64,000 nucleotides of DNA, taken from the sequence record MW879344.1; one strand, written 5' to 3'. Made by a program: the position numbers and the translations under genes. The notes beneath the pieces were generated by a model. It had not been told where the DNA came from, made no database searches, and saw only the letters and a list, made by a program, of their open reading frames with translations. Below are positions 29,900-39,769 of the stretch, piece by piece (position 1 is the stretch's first letter; the number at the start of each line of letters is the position of its first letter).

Positions 29900-30687
29900 T
29901 GCACTTTTTAATAATGGACAAATACTTTAATGAAGAAGGATTCCGTGTAATGAAAGATTACATGGTACAACATAATATATCCCATACTTCAGTAAAACCT
30001 GTCCCTGTACTTAATATATTCGTTCCTGAAGATGTTAATGATTATTCAGACGCTTCATATGAGAAGTATTTTGATAAATCTGTACCAACTATGTCATTTG
30101 GAAGCTATGCATTAGCTAATCAACTTATACAAGAAGGATATACTCCTGGTGGTTATATTAATGAGAACTTTAATATAAAAGTACAAATGGAACATTGGGG
30201 ATTAGATAGTTTTCTTAATGGAATGGCTATTTTTGGGACGTTAGAAAATATGACTGCTCCTTATTGGAAACGTATTTTTATTCGTCCAGTACACGATACT
30301 AAACAAATGTTGGCTACCGTTATTGAAAAAGAAAACTTTGATTATTCTTTAGAACTATTTCGTTATGGTAAAGAACCAGGATTTGAAATTATGATCTCTG
30401 AATTTAAAGAAATTAAAGCAGAGTTTCGTTTGTTTATTGTTCATGGTAAAGTTGTTGCACATTCATTATATAAGTTGAATGGTTCAGTTTGTATTGCATC
30501 ATCTGTTCCTGAAGAAATAATTACAAAAGCAGAAGAACTATGTAATATTTGGACACCTGCTGATGCGTTCGTAATGGATTTTGCAGAAACTGTTGACGGA
30601 TTTAAAGTACTCGAAGTTAATAACATAAACTGTGCTGGATTCTATGCATGTGATATTCCTTCAATTGTTGAGGCATTTATAAAATGA
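29899..30687 (+). CDS. ATP-grasp domain protein (R2K/DUF4343-like), second copy
   Basis: IFIRPVHDTK, AEFRLFIVHGKVV..SLY, MDFA...KVLEVNNINCAGFY. Confidence 0.75.
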   Translation: MHFLIMDKYFNEEGFRVMKDYMVQHNISHTSVKPVPVLNIFVPEDVNDYSDASYEKYFDKSVPTMSFGSYALANQLIQEGYTPGGYINENFNIKVQMEHWGLDSFLNGMAIFGTLENMTAPYWKRIFIRPVHDTKQMLATVIEKENFDYSLELFRYGKEPGFEIMISEFKEIKAEFRLFIVHGKVVAHSLYKLNGSVCIASSVPEEIITKAEELCNIWTPADAFVMDFAETVDGFKVLEVNNINCAGFYACDIPSIVEAFIK

Positions 30688-31052
30688 AAAATCATTTGAA
30701 CGAGTACTTTGAAGGATTAGATAATCTCATATTTGAATTTTATGAAACTATAAATCAAAATATTAGTTCAAAAACAATAACTATTCAAATGACTTTTTTA
30801 TATAATAAGCATATAAATTTTCATTATAATATTGAAAATGACGAATTGGTTATAGAAGATTTTGTTGATAAAATAAAATTAAAATATCCAAATTTCTCAA
30901 AACTTCAAGATGAAGCTTATCATTTTCAAAAAATGACAGTATGGCCTCATATTAGTTTTGAATGTACTGAAGTTGAGAAATTTATGATTGAAATTGAAAG
31001 GATTAAAAATGAAACCAAATTTACCCCAAGAGCCAAATCCGAATTTGATTGA
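30684..31052 (+). CDS. TEExxFQ-like family protein
   Basis: DEAYHFQKMT. Confidence 0.55.
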   Translation: MKNHLNEYFEGLDNLIFEFYETINQNISSKTITIQMTFLYNKHINFHYNIENDELVIEDFVDKIKLKYPNFSKLQDEAYHFQKMTVWPHISFECTEVEKFMIEIERIKNETKFTPRAKSEFD

Positions 31053-31245
31053 AAGTATGTGTATGCGTTTTGATCACTCACATGGTATTAGATCTCTACG
31101 TATGAAAGATGGTAAGTACGATGTTGAAACGGAAGAAGAATTTGAACGTAGGCGAGATTCGAATCGTAGAGTAATGCGACAATTGTATGAAGAAGTATCT
31201 GGTTATGGATTTTATCAATATCCAAAGGATAGTACTGATGAATGA
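30988..31245 (+). CDS. hypothetical protein
   Basis: ORF track. Confidence 0.55.
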   Translation: MKLKGLKMKPNLPQEPNPNLIESMCMRFDHSHGIRSLRMKDGKYDVETEEEFERRRDSNRRVMRQLYEEVSGYGFYQYPKDSTDE

Positions 31246-31669
31246 AATAGTAAGAAAACAACTTCATGATATAGCGAATAATGCACATTGCATTTATACT
31301 ACCATAATCAGAGAACGAGTTAAGTATTCAAAATTTGGGTCAAAGGTTGGCATTCAGATTGATAATGCAATTCAATTTTCTAATACACCTGATAAATTTG
31401 AAATGTGGATTAAATTTGGAAAACATACTATTATATATACTGATAACAGTGTAATATATCGTTATTGGGATAGTAAGAAGCCAGATAAACATATATATGA
31501 TGTGATTGATTTACCTGATATAAATAAATTTCAATTCACCGAGGAATATTATTTTCAGTACTCTACATTATTCAATTTCAAGTATTTAGAGTTAGAAGAT
31601 CTTAAAGCACTTGACACTATACGTAGAAAGGTACAAAACATTTGGAGTACACAATTACTATGTTGGTAA
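31187..31669 (+). CDS. TEExxFQ-motif family protein
   Basis: FTEEYYFQYST. Confidence 0.6.
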   Translation: MKKYLVMDFINIQRIVLMNEIVRKQLHDIANNAHCIYTTIIRERVKYSKFGSKVGIQIDNAIQFSNTPDKFEMWIKFGKHTIIYTDNSVIYRYWDSKKPDKHIYDVIDLPDINKFQFTEEYYFQYSTLFNFKYLELEDLKALDTIRRKVQNIWSTQLLCW

Positions 31670-31835
31670 CACGTTATGAATTAATTGATGGGGAATTGAT
31701 ACCTCATGAATTTGGTGAATATGTAAAATTCACTGATTATAAAAAAGTGGAAGATGCCAGAAGTAAAGCAGTATCTGATGCTGGTTGGGCTGCTGATGCA
31801 GCACGTGAACAAGAAGAAATAAATCGTAATAGAGG

Positions 31836-32075
31836 ATGGAATTAATGGCTATAAAAGCAAAACTTAATTTTTGTGATCTAGATTTAGATTATGCACGTAC
31901 AGCATGGGATGGTGCATACATGGTACTAGCAGAAGTTAATGAAGTACTGAAAGAACGTGGAATTAAAATTGAATTTTTGTTAGAAGTTCATTCGGAAGAA
32001 GATTATCCTTCTAAGTTTTGGGATGAAGAAGATGTTGAATACACTACTAATACTACGGAAATTACTGACGAATGA
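31836..32075 (+). CDS. small hypothetical protein
   Basis: coupled ORF. Confidence 0.55.
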   Translation: MELMAIKAKLNFCDLDLDYARTAWDGAYMVLAEVNEVLKERGIKIEFLLEVHSEEDYPSKFWDEEDVEYTTNTTEITDE

Positions 32076-32578
32076 AAGATCCTAATCTCAATAATGAATT
32101 TATTGATTTTTTAGCAGATGAATTTCCAGAGGTATCGTTTAGTACTACATACGTACATTGGCACCCATCTGTAGGTGAGTACTGTGTATATATCAATGAC
32201 ACGTGGAGTGGTTACGTTCCTGAAGAATATATATTTAAAGCCGGATTTGAGTATTATACTCTTTGGTCTAAGTATTGGGAAAAGTACCGTCAAACTGAAA
32301 TTTTTATGGATTTAAATAGAAAATATGTTCAATCAATTTATAACATTCTTCAAGAAGAAAATACTACTGAATCTGATATTAGCCTTAATGTACGTATTCT
32401 TATGGACATTATACGGAATCGCTCGTACCCTACAGATTATCAAAATTTTACCATAAAGATGATATTAGAAGTATTACAAAATAAAGGATACAATCAGTAC
32501 ACAGAAATGTTAGAAAACATTATTGGTGAAATAAATGACTTGGAAGAAAATAAACGAAGTCGTAGGAAGGTTTTATAA
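32072..32578 (+). CDS. hypothetical protein
   Basis: coupled ORF. Confidence 0.6.
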   Translation: MKDPNLNNEFIDFLADEFPEVSFSTTYVHWHPSVGEYCVYINDTWSGYVPEEYIFKAGFEYYTLWSKYWEKYRQTEIFMDLNRKYVQSIYNILQEENTTESDISLNVRILMDIIRNRSYPTDYQNFTIKMILEVLQNKGYNQYTEMLENIIGEINDLEENKRSRRKVL

Positions 32579-32981
32579 AAACTTTAGTACATTAAGAAAA
32601 ACAGTTAATCGTGGAGATTATTGTTATTTTAAACTTAATGATTATTATGAGATTAAATGTGGTGATGATTATTTGGTTCAATTTAAGTATAAACCAAATA
32701 GTCAAGATTATTATTATATGAATTATGATTATAATAATGATTCTGTTATGTTTTATACAACTAGAAAGTATTCTGGTTATTGGAAACATTCAGCACCTGA
32801 TAATATCGTAATATTTAAGAACTTAACAAGGTTATGTACAGAGGAAGGACATTTTCAGGAAATGACCAGACAGGACTTGACAGATTTTGAAATTCCTGAT
32901 ATAATTTCCTTATTGATGATGGGAAAAGCCATCGTTGACAAAACTAAGGAATATAGAAATGTCGGAACGTCCAGTACTTAA
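32535..32981 (+). CDS. TEExxFQ-motif family protein
   Basis: CTEEGHFQEMT. Confidence 0.6.
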   Translation: MTWKKINEVVGRFYKNFSTLRKTVNRGDYCYFKLNDYYEIKCGDDYLVQFKYKPNSQDYYYMNYDYNNDSVMFYTTRKYSGYWKHSAPDNIVIFKNLTRLCTEEGHFQEMTRQDLTDFEIPDIISLLMMGKAIVDKTKEYRNVGTSST

Positions 32982-33390
32982 TTATAAATGTTACATTCTT
33001 CTTCGTGAAGATCTTGACATGCCGCAAGGTAAATTTGCTGTACAGGTAGGGCATGGTTTAGATCAAGTATGGCCTCTATATATGGACTACAAAGAACGTA
33101 GTCGTAAAGAGGATAATGAAGATTTAATCATGCCTGTTTCTAACTTTGAAGGTTGGTATAAAGAAGGTCGTCGCAAGATAGTACTACGCCTTAAAAGCGA
33201 AGACCATATGAACAAGATTAAAGAAAAAATTCAGGCTGAAATTGATTCTAATGAATATCATCCTGGATATTTTGTTCATGATATTTTTGATTATGGTTTT
33301 AACTTCTTTGATGGGTTAACACAAACTGGCCTTATCATTTATCCTAATAAAGAAGACATACGGGCAGTTAAGCGGTTACAGTGCTGGTAA
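32959..33390 (+). CDS. peptidyl-tRNA hydrolase, Pth2 type
   Basis: ILLREDLDMPQGKFAVQVGHG, GRRKIVLR, DYG..FF...TQTGL. Confidence 0.8.
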   Translation: MSERPVLNYKCYILLREDLDMPQGKFAVQVGHGLDQVWPLYMDYKERSRKEDNEDLIMPVSNFEGWYKEGRRKIVLRLKSEDHMNKIKEKIQAEIDSNEYHPGYFVHDIFDYGFNFFDGLTQTGLIIYPNKEDIRAVKRLQCW

Positions 33391-33463
33391 AAAGGTACAC
33401 ACTATTATACCCATGTATTATAGTGCTTTCCATAAATAATATAAAGTTATTATGGAGAGTACT

Positions 33464-33934
33464 ATGAGAAAAGATATTCTAGAAAGTAGAGAGTTGATTG
33501 AAAAACTGATAAGTGAAAATCAACCAAAGACAGAAATCGCAAGACAACTAAATTGTAAGATTGACACATTAAATTTGTATCTTAAAAAGATGGAAATTGT
33601 GTATAATGGTAACATGGGTGGTAAGGGTATTAAAACTCAACCTAACCAATATGTTAATGCTATGGAATATATTGAACGCGGGGAACAAGGGCAATATGTT
33701 AAATCACACAAACTACGTCTTAAATTAATTAAAGATGGAATCAAAGAAGAAAAGTGTGAAATATGTGGTAATCATGAATGGAATGGTAAAACTATACCAT
33801 TAGAATTAGATCATATTGATGGTGACCATTATAATAACGATTTAGAAAATCTCCGTATTATATGTCCTAATTGCCATGCACAAACTGATTCACATGCTGG
33901 TAAAAATGTTGGTAAAAATATGAAACAGAAATAA
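33464..33934 (+). CDS. HNH homing endonuclease
   Basis: CEICG...LELDHIDGDHYNN..ENLRIICPNCH; adjacent to tRNA-Leu. Confidence 0.9.
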   Translation: MRKDILESRELIEKLISENQPKTEIARQLNCKIDTLNLYLKKMEIVYNGNMGGKGIKTQPNQYVNAMEYIERGEQGQYVKSHKLRLKLIKDGIKEEKCEICGNHEWNGKTIPLELDHIDGDHYNNDLENLRIICPNCHAQTDSHAGKNVGKNMKQK

Positions 33935-33949
33935 AAATTGTGGTATAAT
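33921..33949 (+). promoter_or_regulatory. TGAAAC-N17-TATAAT promoter
   Basis: exact motif, precedes tRNA-Leu. Confidence 0.7.
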
Positions 33950-33963
33950 ATAAATATAATAAA

Positions 33964-34049
33964 GGGGATGTGGCGAAATTGGTAGCACGCAAGGGTCTTA
34001 GAAGCCCTCGTCTGTAATGGGCGTGTCGGTTCGAGTCCGACCATCCCCA
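33964..34049 (+). tRNA. tRNA-Leu(UAG)
   Basis: class II cloverleaf, CT-TAG-AA. Confidence 0.93.
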
Positions 34050-34236
34050 CAAACGTAGATTCAGTAACCCGCTCTATGATGGTTTGAATCGTTCGAGTGC
34101 GTAGCACAGTAGAGCCATACGTGGCTCTCGCCCTTTTTGATTCATTTGGTAACATTCATTATTTGCTTGACAGTACCTCATCTTTGTGTGATAATATCTG
34201 TACAGGCGTTTAAGCTGCTAACGCAGCTTTTTTTAT

Positions 34237-34650
34237 TTGTGGAGATTGACAATGAAGCGTGAAGCAATGAGCAGTACTAATTTGTATTGGTTTATATTCT
34301 TCTGGATCGCATTTACTTGTGTTAATATATACGTTGTTATGTATAAACCAGAAGCGAACTGGAAAGAAAAAATCGAAACGCAAGTTAAAGCTGAATACAA
34401 AAAGAATGAACCAGCACCACCTGATGCAATGCGTCAAAACCAACCAGCATATATCCAAATGCTAAACGATATTCAAAAATGTCCTAATGTTACTGACAAA
34501 GAAAATAATACTTTCTATACCTGTGAAAATGGTACTAAAGCTAGTATGATACATTGGACACGTGGTGACAAGAAAGGTGTAGTTACTCGTGAATATAATC
34601 CTGAAGGTAAATTAATCTTAATCTACGGACACCCTGATGATGTTTACTAA
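34237..34650 (+). CDS. membrane-anchored hypothetical protein
   Basis: N-terminal TM; sigma70 promoter at about 34168. Confidence 0.6.
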   Translation: MWRLTMKREAMSSTNLYWFIFFWIAFTCVNIYVVMYKPEANWKEKIETQVKAEYKKNEPAPPDAMRQNQPAYIQMLNDIQKCPNVTDKENNTFYTCENGTKASMIHWTRGDKKGVVTREYNPEGKLILIYGHPDDVY

Positions 34651-34885
34651 AATTGAAAATGCCGAAGTACTTGTTCGAACCAGTTCTGGACTAAAAGTAC
34701 TACCCCTCTATACCCGCAATAGTAATAACCATGTATATGCTAAAAATGGTGCATACTATATTGCCCTAATGTCAACTAAACTAACAAGTAATCCTAAAAT
34801 TACTTGGCAGGAAGTATCTATTCCTGAACAATTCGAAAAGAGCTACATGACTTATGCACAAACATGCAAAGAATCTGTCAGTTAA
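34637..34885 (+). CDS. small hypothetical protein
   Basis: coupled ORF. Confidence 0.55.
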   Translation: MMFTKIENAEVLVRTSSGLKVLPLYTRNSNNHVYAKNGAYYIALMSTKLTSNPKITWQEVSIPEQFEKSYMTYAQTCKESVS

Positions 34886-35255
34886 TGACATGGTTAAAGT
34901 AGCTAAAGATGAGTACTTGAAAGTTATTAAAATCGAGTACTTTGAATATTCTGTTCGCATTCAGGGATTCATTAACTATGGAACTGACTGTGAACAGCGT
35001 AGTTTTGGCTACTGTGATGTTGTATTCCTTAAAGCTGATGAAAAACCATCCAGCTTATTCTCAAGAATAATAAAGTACTTTACATGAAAAATCCCGTATA
35101 TTTAATGAGCACTCATAATGGTCGTACTTTTATGATGACTAGCTATGATCCAAAAACAATCGTTATCTTTGAAAATCCTGTAAAAGAGCTTGACAAAGAT
35201 GGCAACGAACTGGTATTCTATACCACAATAGAAATTCGCAAGATGTGAGAACAAA

Positions 35256-35510
35256 ATGACAAAAGTAGTCCGTAAGCGTCGAGTACTTGATAATGATGAA
35301 TTCAAATCAAGGGAAATCCATCGCCAATTGTGGCGACGACTGTGTGCTGGTGAAAAGCAAATTGTTGTAACTGAAACAGTAGTTGAACCAGAAACAATTT
35401 TTGGGACGTACTTCAATGTATTCAATCATTTTATTAAAAAAGGATTACTTGAAGTAATTACTATTGATGAGTTAGATCCATCTGAACACGAATTCACTGT
35501 AATTAAATGA
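35256..35510 (+). CDS. small hypothetical protein
   Basis: ORF track. Confidence 0.55.
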   Translation: MTKVVRKRRVLDNDEFKSREIHRQLWRRLCAGEKQIVVTETVVEPETIFGTYFNVFNHFIKKGLLEVITIDELDPSEHEFTVIK

Positions 35511-35518
35511 GGTGACAT

Positions 35519-35884
35519 ATGTCTTGGAACAACCGAGTAAGTATTCATGAACATACTTACCAAGATGGTGAAAAAGAAAGTACTGCAACTGTGCATGAAG
35601 TATATTACACTGATGATGGTGTAATGTTCAGTGCTGCAATCGCTCCACAGGGTTCAGGTTCTAACAGTACTGAAGCACTTCAAGAATTGAAGTTAGAACT
35701 TCAGTTAATGCTTGAAGCAGTAGAATACGCACTTGATGGAAAAACTTCTATTTTTGATTATGATAACAAAGATACCCACGATGCGGGTGAACATTCTGAA
35801 ATTATTCGTAAACGAAATGAAGTTAAAGTACTTGATCCTGATGATGTGTATCTTGATGAAAAGTATGGTGATAATGATGACTGA
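35519..35884 (+). CDS. hypothetical protein
   Basis: MSWNNRV..HEVYY motif common in phages; GAGG RBS. Confidence 0.65.
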   Translation: MSWNNRVSIHEHTYQDGEKESTATVHEVYYTDDGVMFSAAIAPQGSGSNSTEALQELKLELQLMLEAVEYALDGKTSIFDYDNKDTHDAGEHSEIIRKRNEVKVLDPDDVYLDEKYGDNDD

Positions 35885-36156
35885 TGCAGAGTTTTTAAAA
35901 CAAGCTGAAGAAGATCTTTGGACTCAAGTTCAAAATCTTCGAAATCGAAGCAATGAAGCCCTTGAAGAAGGTGCTACATATCGCTTTGTTCTTTGTAATG
36001 CTAAAATCAGTTTTATTAATTCACTTTTACGTGATATTCAATTCGCAAGGTCTGGACATGCACCTGACATTGTGGTAAAATCAACAATAGAAGCAGTGAA
36101 GCACGTTGAAGAAAATTTCAAGCCGTTTTTAGGCCAGTGCGGAACGTGTAATTGAT

Positions 36157-36693
36157 TTGGAGGATAACATGGATCTCAACCGGATAGAAGTAATCAAAAA
36201 ACTTAATGAACTAGCGTTGGTTTATCAAAAACAAGCACAGGAAGTTTTTTGTTTATTCGATTATAAATTTGAATTTGGGCTTTCAGTTCATTTCAAAGAC
36301 CGTGTGATGCAGCGTTATCCTACATATGAAATTGCTGAAAATCTTATTAAGCAAAATTTTGATTTGTTTTTCAAGAATCATACTCAATATATTTCACGAG
36401 CAATCACTGAAGTTGTTGATGTAAAGTTAGTTAATATTCGTCATGATTCTTTGAATAAACAAAATGTCATCGTACTACAAATGTGTCGAATTGATGACAT
36501 TATAAAAATAATTGGTATTACGATGTTTCAAAAAAATACATCATATATCAAAAATAACCCAAATGAATTTGTACTATTACATAAACCAAAAAAATGGACT
36601 TCATTGGGAACAGTCGGTGAACGATTAAAACGATACGCCAAAAAACATGGCGTACCTGATGGGTTACAATGCTTAACCCAACCGTGGAGGTAA
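36157..36693 (+). CDS. hypothetical protein
   Basis: GGAGG RBS; start probably 36169. Confidence 0.6.
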   Translation: MEDNMDLNRIEVIKKLNELALVYQKQAQEVFCLFDYKFEFGLSVHFKDRVMQRYPTYEIAENLIKQNFDLFFKNHTQYISRAITEVVDVKLVNIRHDSLNKQNVIVLQMCRIDDIIKIIGITMFQKNTSYIKNNPNEFVLLHKPKKWTSLGTVGERLKRYAKKHGVPDGLQCLTQPWR

Positions 36694-36697
36694 TAAC

Positions 36698-37399
36698 ATG
36701 CATTCAGATATGAAAGCTGCATTGGATGCTGCGTTAGAAGACATTAAAAATATGTCATCTGATGATTTCTTTGCAAAATTGTATGGTTACAATCCAGAAC
36801 AGTTGCAAGCCTATACTGAAGAAGTATTTTTAGTCGAGCTTCAGTACTTGAGAAGTTTCTTTGTAGATGGGGCATATTCTTTTGAACCAAGCTATGATAA
36901 TCTTCCAGTACCAGAAATTACGAAGTTGTTTTGGAATTATATTGAAAGAAATGCTCGTAGCACATATGAAGACACTTCTACATCATTTCCAACATATTAC
37001 GTTGAATTGCCTAAGTATGGTATTCGTGTCACGCACATTTATGGTCAAGGTACTGTTACCGTTGTAGAAGACTTTGATTATTCTGATCCCATGTATATTG
37101 CTAAGAACATTACACGTTTTAAGCGTGAAGCTGCATGGGAACATCAACGTAAAATTGATGAATTATTGTATGGAAAACCAAAACATTTAGATGAAGTACG
37201 TTTTAGTACTGAAGTTAATGGTATTGGTATTGTGGATACTGGTATCATTGAACGTGTGTACACCAAGAAAGGTGTAGTGCGATATTTGATTGATTCTGTT
37301 AATAACGGTAAAGTACTAGTATTCTACGATCAGGGTGAAAAATATCCAATGGATGCAGTAGAAATAATTGAACTTCATCCAAACAACTACGATAGGTAA
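36698..37399 (+). CDS. hypothetical protein
   Basis: GGAGG RBS. Confidence 0.7.
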   Translation: MHSDMKAALDAALEDIKNMSSDDFFAKLYGYNPEQLQAYTEEVFLVELQYLRSFFVDGAYSFEPSYDNLPVPEITKLFWNYIERNARSTYEDTSTSFPTYYVELPKYGIRVTHIYGQGTVTVVEDFDYSDPMYIAKNITRFKREAAWEHQRKIDELLYGKPKHLDEVRFSTEVNGIGIVDTGIIERVYTKKGVVRYLIDSVNNGKVLVFYDQGEKYPMDAVEIIELHPNNYDR

Positions 37400-37405
37400 T
37401 ATATC

Positions 37406-37747
37406 ATGGAAATTGATTATAAGCTGGTGCGTGAGTTAACTCATGATTTGGAAATGAATGGTCGTCAATTTATTGCACGTGATCGTTTAATTCAGCAAAT
37501 GAAAGCTGATGGAACTTATGATGTTAAGCACGGTCAGGATTTAATTTATTTCCATGTAGTAAGTGGAATGATTAATTCCATTATTGAAAAGATCTTTATG
37601 TACTTAGAATATAAAACTGTAAATGAAGGTCTTGAAAGTGCATTTCGTGGTTTAGTGGAAAAAGAGTACAACGAATATAAAGAATATTATAACCATTGTG
37701 ATTTTTTATCTGCAATGGATAGAAAGTACGGATTGAATCTATTATGA
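37406..37747 (+). CDS. hypothetical protein
   Basis: ORF track. Confidence 0.6.
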   Translation: MEIDYKLVRELTHDLEMNGRQFIARDRLIQQMKADGTYDVKHGQDLIYFHVVSGMINSIIEKIFMYLEYKTVNEGLESAFRGLVEKEYNEYKEYYNHCDFLSAMDRKYGLNLL

Positions 37748-37941
37748 ATATTGAACAAAAACTTACACCTAAGTATTGGGCTGCACATGATTCCCGTACT
37801 GATGATGTTATTTTAAGTACCTTGTTTAAGTACAAGCAAGATACATATGATGAATTAGTGAAGTTGTATGGTGAAGATTGGGAAGATACACATCCTAATT
37901 TGACTATTAACTTAATTGAACTGAAGTTAGTTCAACTGTAA
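37744..37941 (+). CDS. small hypothetical protein
   Basis: coupled ORF. Confidence 0.55.
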   Translation: MNIEQKLTPKYWAAHDSRTDDVILSTLFKYKQDTYDELVKLYGEDWEDTHPNLTINLIELKLVQL

Positions 37942-37951
37942 CAGAATACTG

Positions 37952-38203
37952 ACCGTTGTTGGGATGTTGGCTTAGAGGCAGCAATCATATAATGAGTGTC
38001 GAGAACGATCCGTAATTGGTAAACGTACCACAATGACCAATCGTATAAGTTCAGGGGAAGAAAAGACCGGATACAGTTATGTTAGTACGGTATGCACGGG
38101 CGGCGTATACTTAATACAGGAAAGGTAGGTGGTACTACTTTGTACTGATAAATGCTAACATAGACCCTTAGAGACTTTGGCGTAATAGCACACCATCAAC
38201 GGC
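37952..38203 (+). ncRNA. 23S rRNA GTPase-associated-centre (H43/H44, L11 site) mimic with 182-nt insert
   Basis: GGATGTTGGCTTAGAGGCAGCAATCATATAATGAGT ... GCGTAATAGCACAC matches E. coli 23S 1055-1104; closed by CCGTTGTTGG/CCATCAACGG helix. Confidence 0.85.
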
Positions 38204-38234
38204 TTTTTAATTAAAATAATATATGGTATAACCT

Positions 38235-38567
38235 ATGACTATTAAAGTTAACGGTACTGTAACTGAAGTAAAATCAGTTGAAGTTGATATTAGCATAGTT
38301 GAACTCGAAAAAGCGGCAAATCAGTTGACAAACGGACAACTTCTTATTATATTAAAACGGAAGTTGGTTCAACAATTGATTTCAAAAGATCCTGCACTGC
38401 AAGGTGCAGAACTTTCATGGCATGGTACATGTTGGGAAGTTTTTGATTACTATGATTATCATCATCGTGAAGATAAGTACAAAAAACTTCGTGATTTAAA
38501 TGATGAAGAAAAGTACGCACTATCCACATTCAACGATGTATTTGAACTATTCAGGAAATTACAATGA
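38235..38567 (+). CDS. hypothetical protein
   Basis: ORF track. Confidence 0.6.
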   Translation: MTIKVNGTVTEVKSVEVDISIVELEKAANQLTNGQLLIILKRKLVQQLISKDPALQGAELSWHGTCWEVFDYYDYHHREDKYKKLRDLNDEEKYALSTFNDVFELFRKLQ

Positions 38568-38821
38568 CAGTACAAAAATTTGAAAAGTTACCTATCCAGA
38601 TTGATGCCCTTGAATGGACTGGTAATAATCTTAAAGAGTTAAAAGCCTTTGCGAGTCCAAAAGAAGTAAAGATTAATAATATGGGTCATTGCAAAATTGA
38701 AACTTTAGAAGGCTGGTTAACTGCATCGATTGGTGATATGGTCATCAAAGGTGTACAAGGGGAAATTTACCCATGCAAACCTGATGTGTTTGCACTAACG
38801 TATCGTAAAATTGAGGAATAA
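38564..38821 (+). CDS. conserved phage protein (IETLEG...IKGVQGEIYPCKPDVF family)
   Basis: widespread phage motif. Confidence 0.7.
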   Translation: MTVQKFEKLPIQIDALEWTGNNLKELKAFASPKEVKINNMGHCKIETLEGWLTASIGDMVIKGVQGEIYPCKPDVFALTYRKIEE

Positions 38822-38825
38822 AAAA

Positions 38826-39164
38826 ATGACGCACTAGAATGATAAAACTTGGATCTATGTATTTGTTCGTACTGATTTACCAATCGAACAAGTTGTAGTA
38901 CAATCAAACCACGCCGCTTATGAAAGCGGATTAGCATTCGAAAATAACAGTACTGAGACTAGTTCTCTAATCGTTATCTCGTGTAAGAATAAACATAAGT
39001 TACAAAAAGCATATGATGAACTCCAAGCTGAGGGTATTGATTTAATTCAATTCCATGAACCAGATTGGGATTATGGTTTAACGGCATTTGCCAGTGCTCC
39101 AGTAACCGCTGAACAGCGTAGTATCTTCCGTAAGTTTCAACTTTTTCGTGGAGGTGCTAAATGA
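38826..39164 (+). CDS. Pth2-like protein with in-frame TAG at codon 4 (missed by ORF track)
   Basis: GAGGA RBS, ATG ACG CAC TAG then 108 sense codons: YVFVRTDL..EQVVVQSNHAA...LIV...FHEPD...LTAFA. Confidence 0.75.
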
Positions 39165-39727
39165 TTTATCCTAACACTTTCGAAGAATTGCTACAAGTAA
39201 TGCAAAAAACTGAGCAAATGAAAGGTCTTAGTGTTCATGCACATGGACTTATGGTTGTTGAACAGTATAAAGTACTAATTTCAGAACTTGACACTGGATA
39301 GGGCGACCCTATATTACTTGAGGTATATGGTAAAATTAAAGATAAGATTTTATCAGATGATATTGTATTACGTTACCAAGAGTTTCATGATTGTGGTAAA
39401 CCAATATGTCGTGTAGTTGATGATGAGGGTAAAGTTCATTTTCCTGAACATGCTAATATCAGTGCAGATGTTTGGAGTAAGCTATTTCCAAATGAAAATG
39501 TCATTCAAGAGTTGATGCGAAAAGATATGACTTTCCATGTTGCAAAATCTGATGATTTTGATACAATATGGCAAGATCCTTTAGCACCTACTTTGTATGT
39601 AACTGCATGGGCTGAGATTTTAGCGAACTGTACAATGTTTGGTGGTCATGATAGCACTTCTTTTAAAATTAAAAAGAAGAAGCTAATCCAAGCAGGTAAA
39701 AAGTACTTAAACTCTTTACCTAAATAA
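39161..39727 (+). CDS. HD-domain protein with in-frame TAG at codon 47
   Basis: GGAGG RBS, ATGA overlap; HAHGLMV...FHDCGKP...HFPEHA; single TAG at 39299-39301, frame continuous. Confidence 0.75.
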
Positions 39728-39769
39728 TTTTAAGGCGGCTCCGGTCGCCTGTTTTAAGAGGTTTCCATT

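Noticed and set aside
35199-35255. Apparent TAG-interrupted N-terminal extension of ORF 35256..35510
   Set aside because: It lies out of frame within a plausible 47-codon gene (35105-35248) and has no RBS of its own; a chance overlap.
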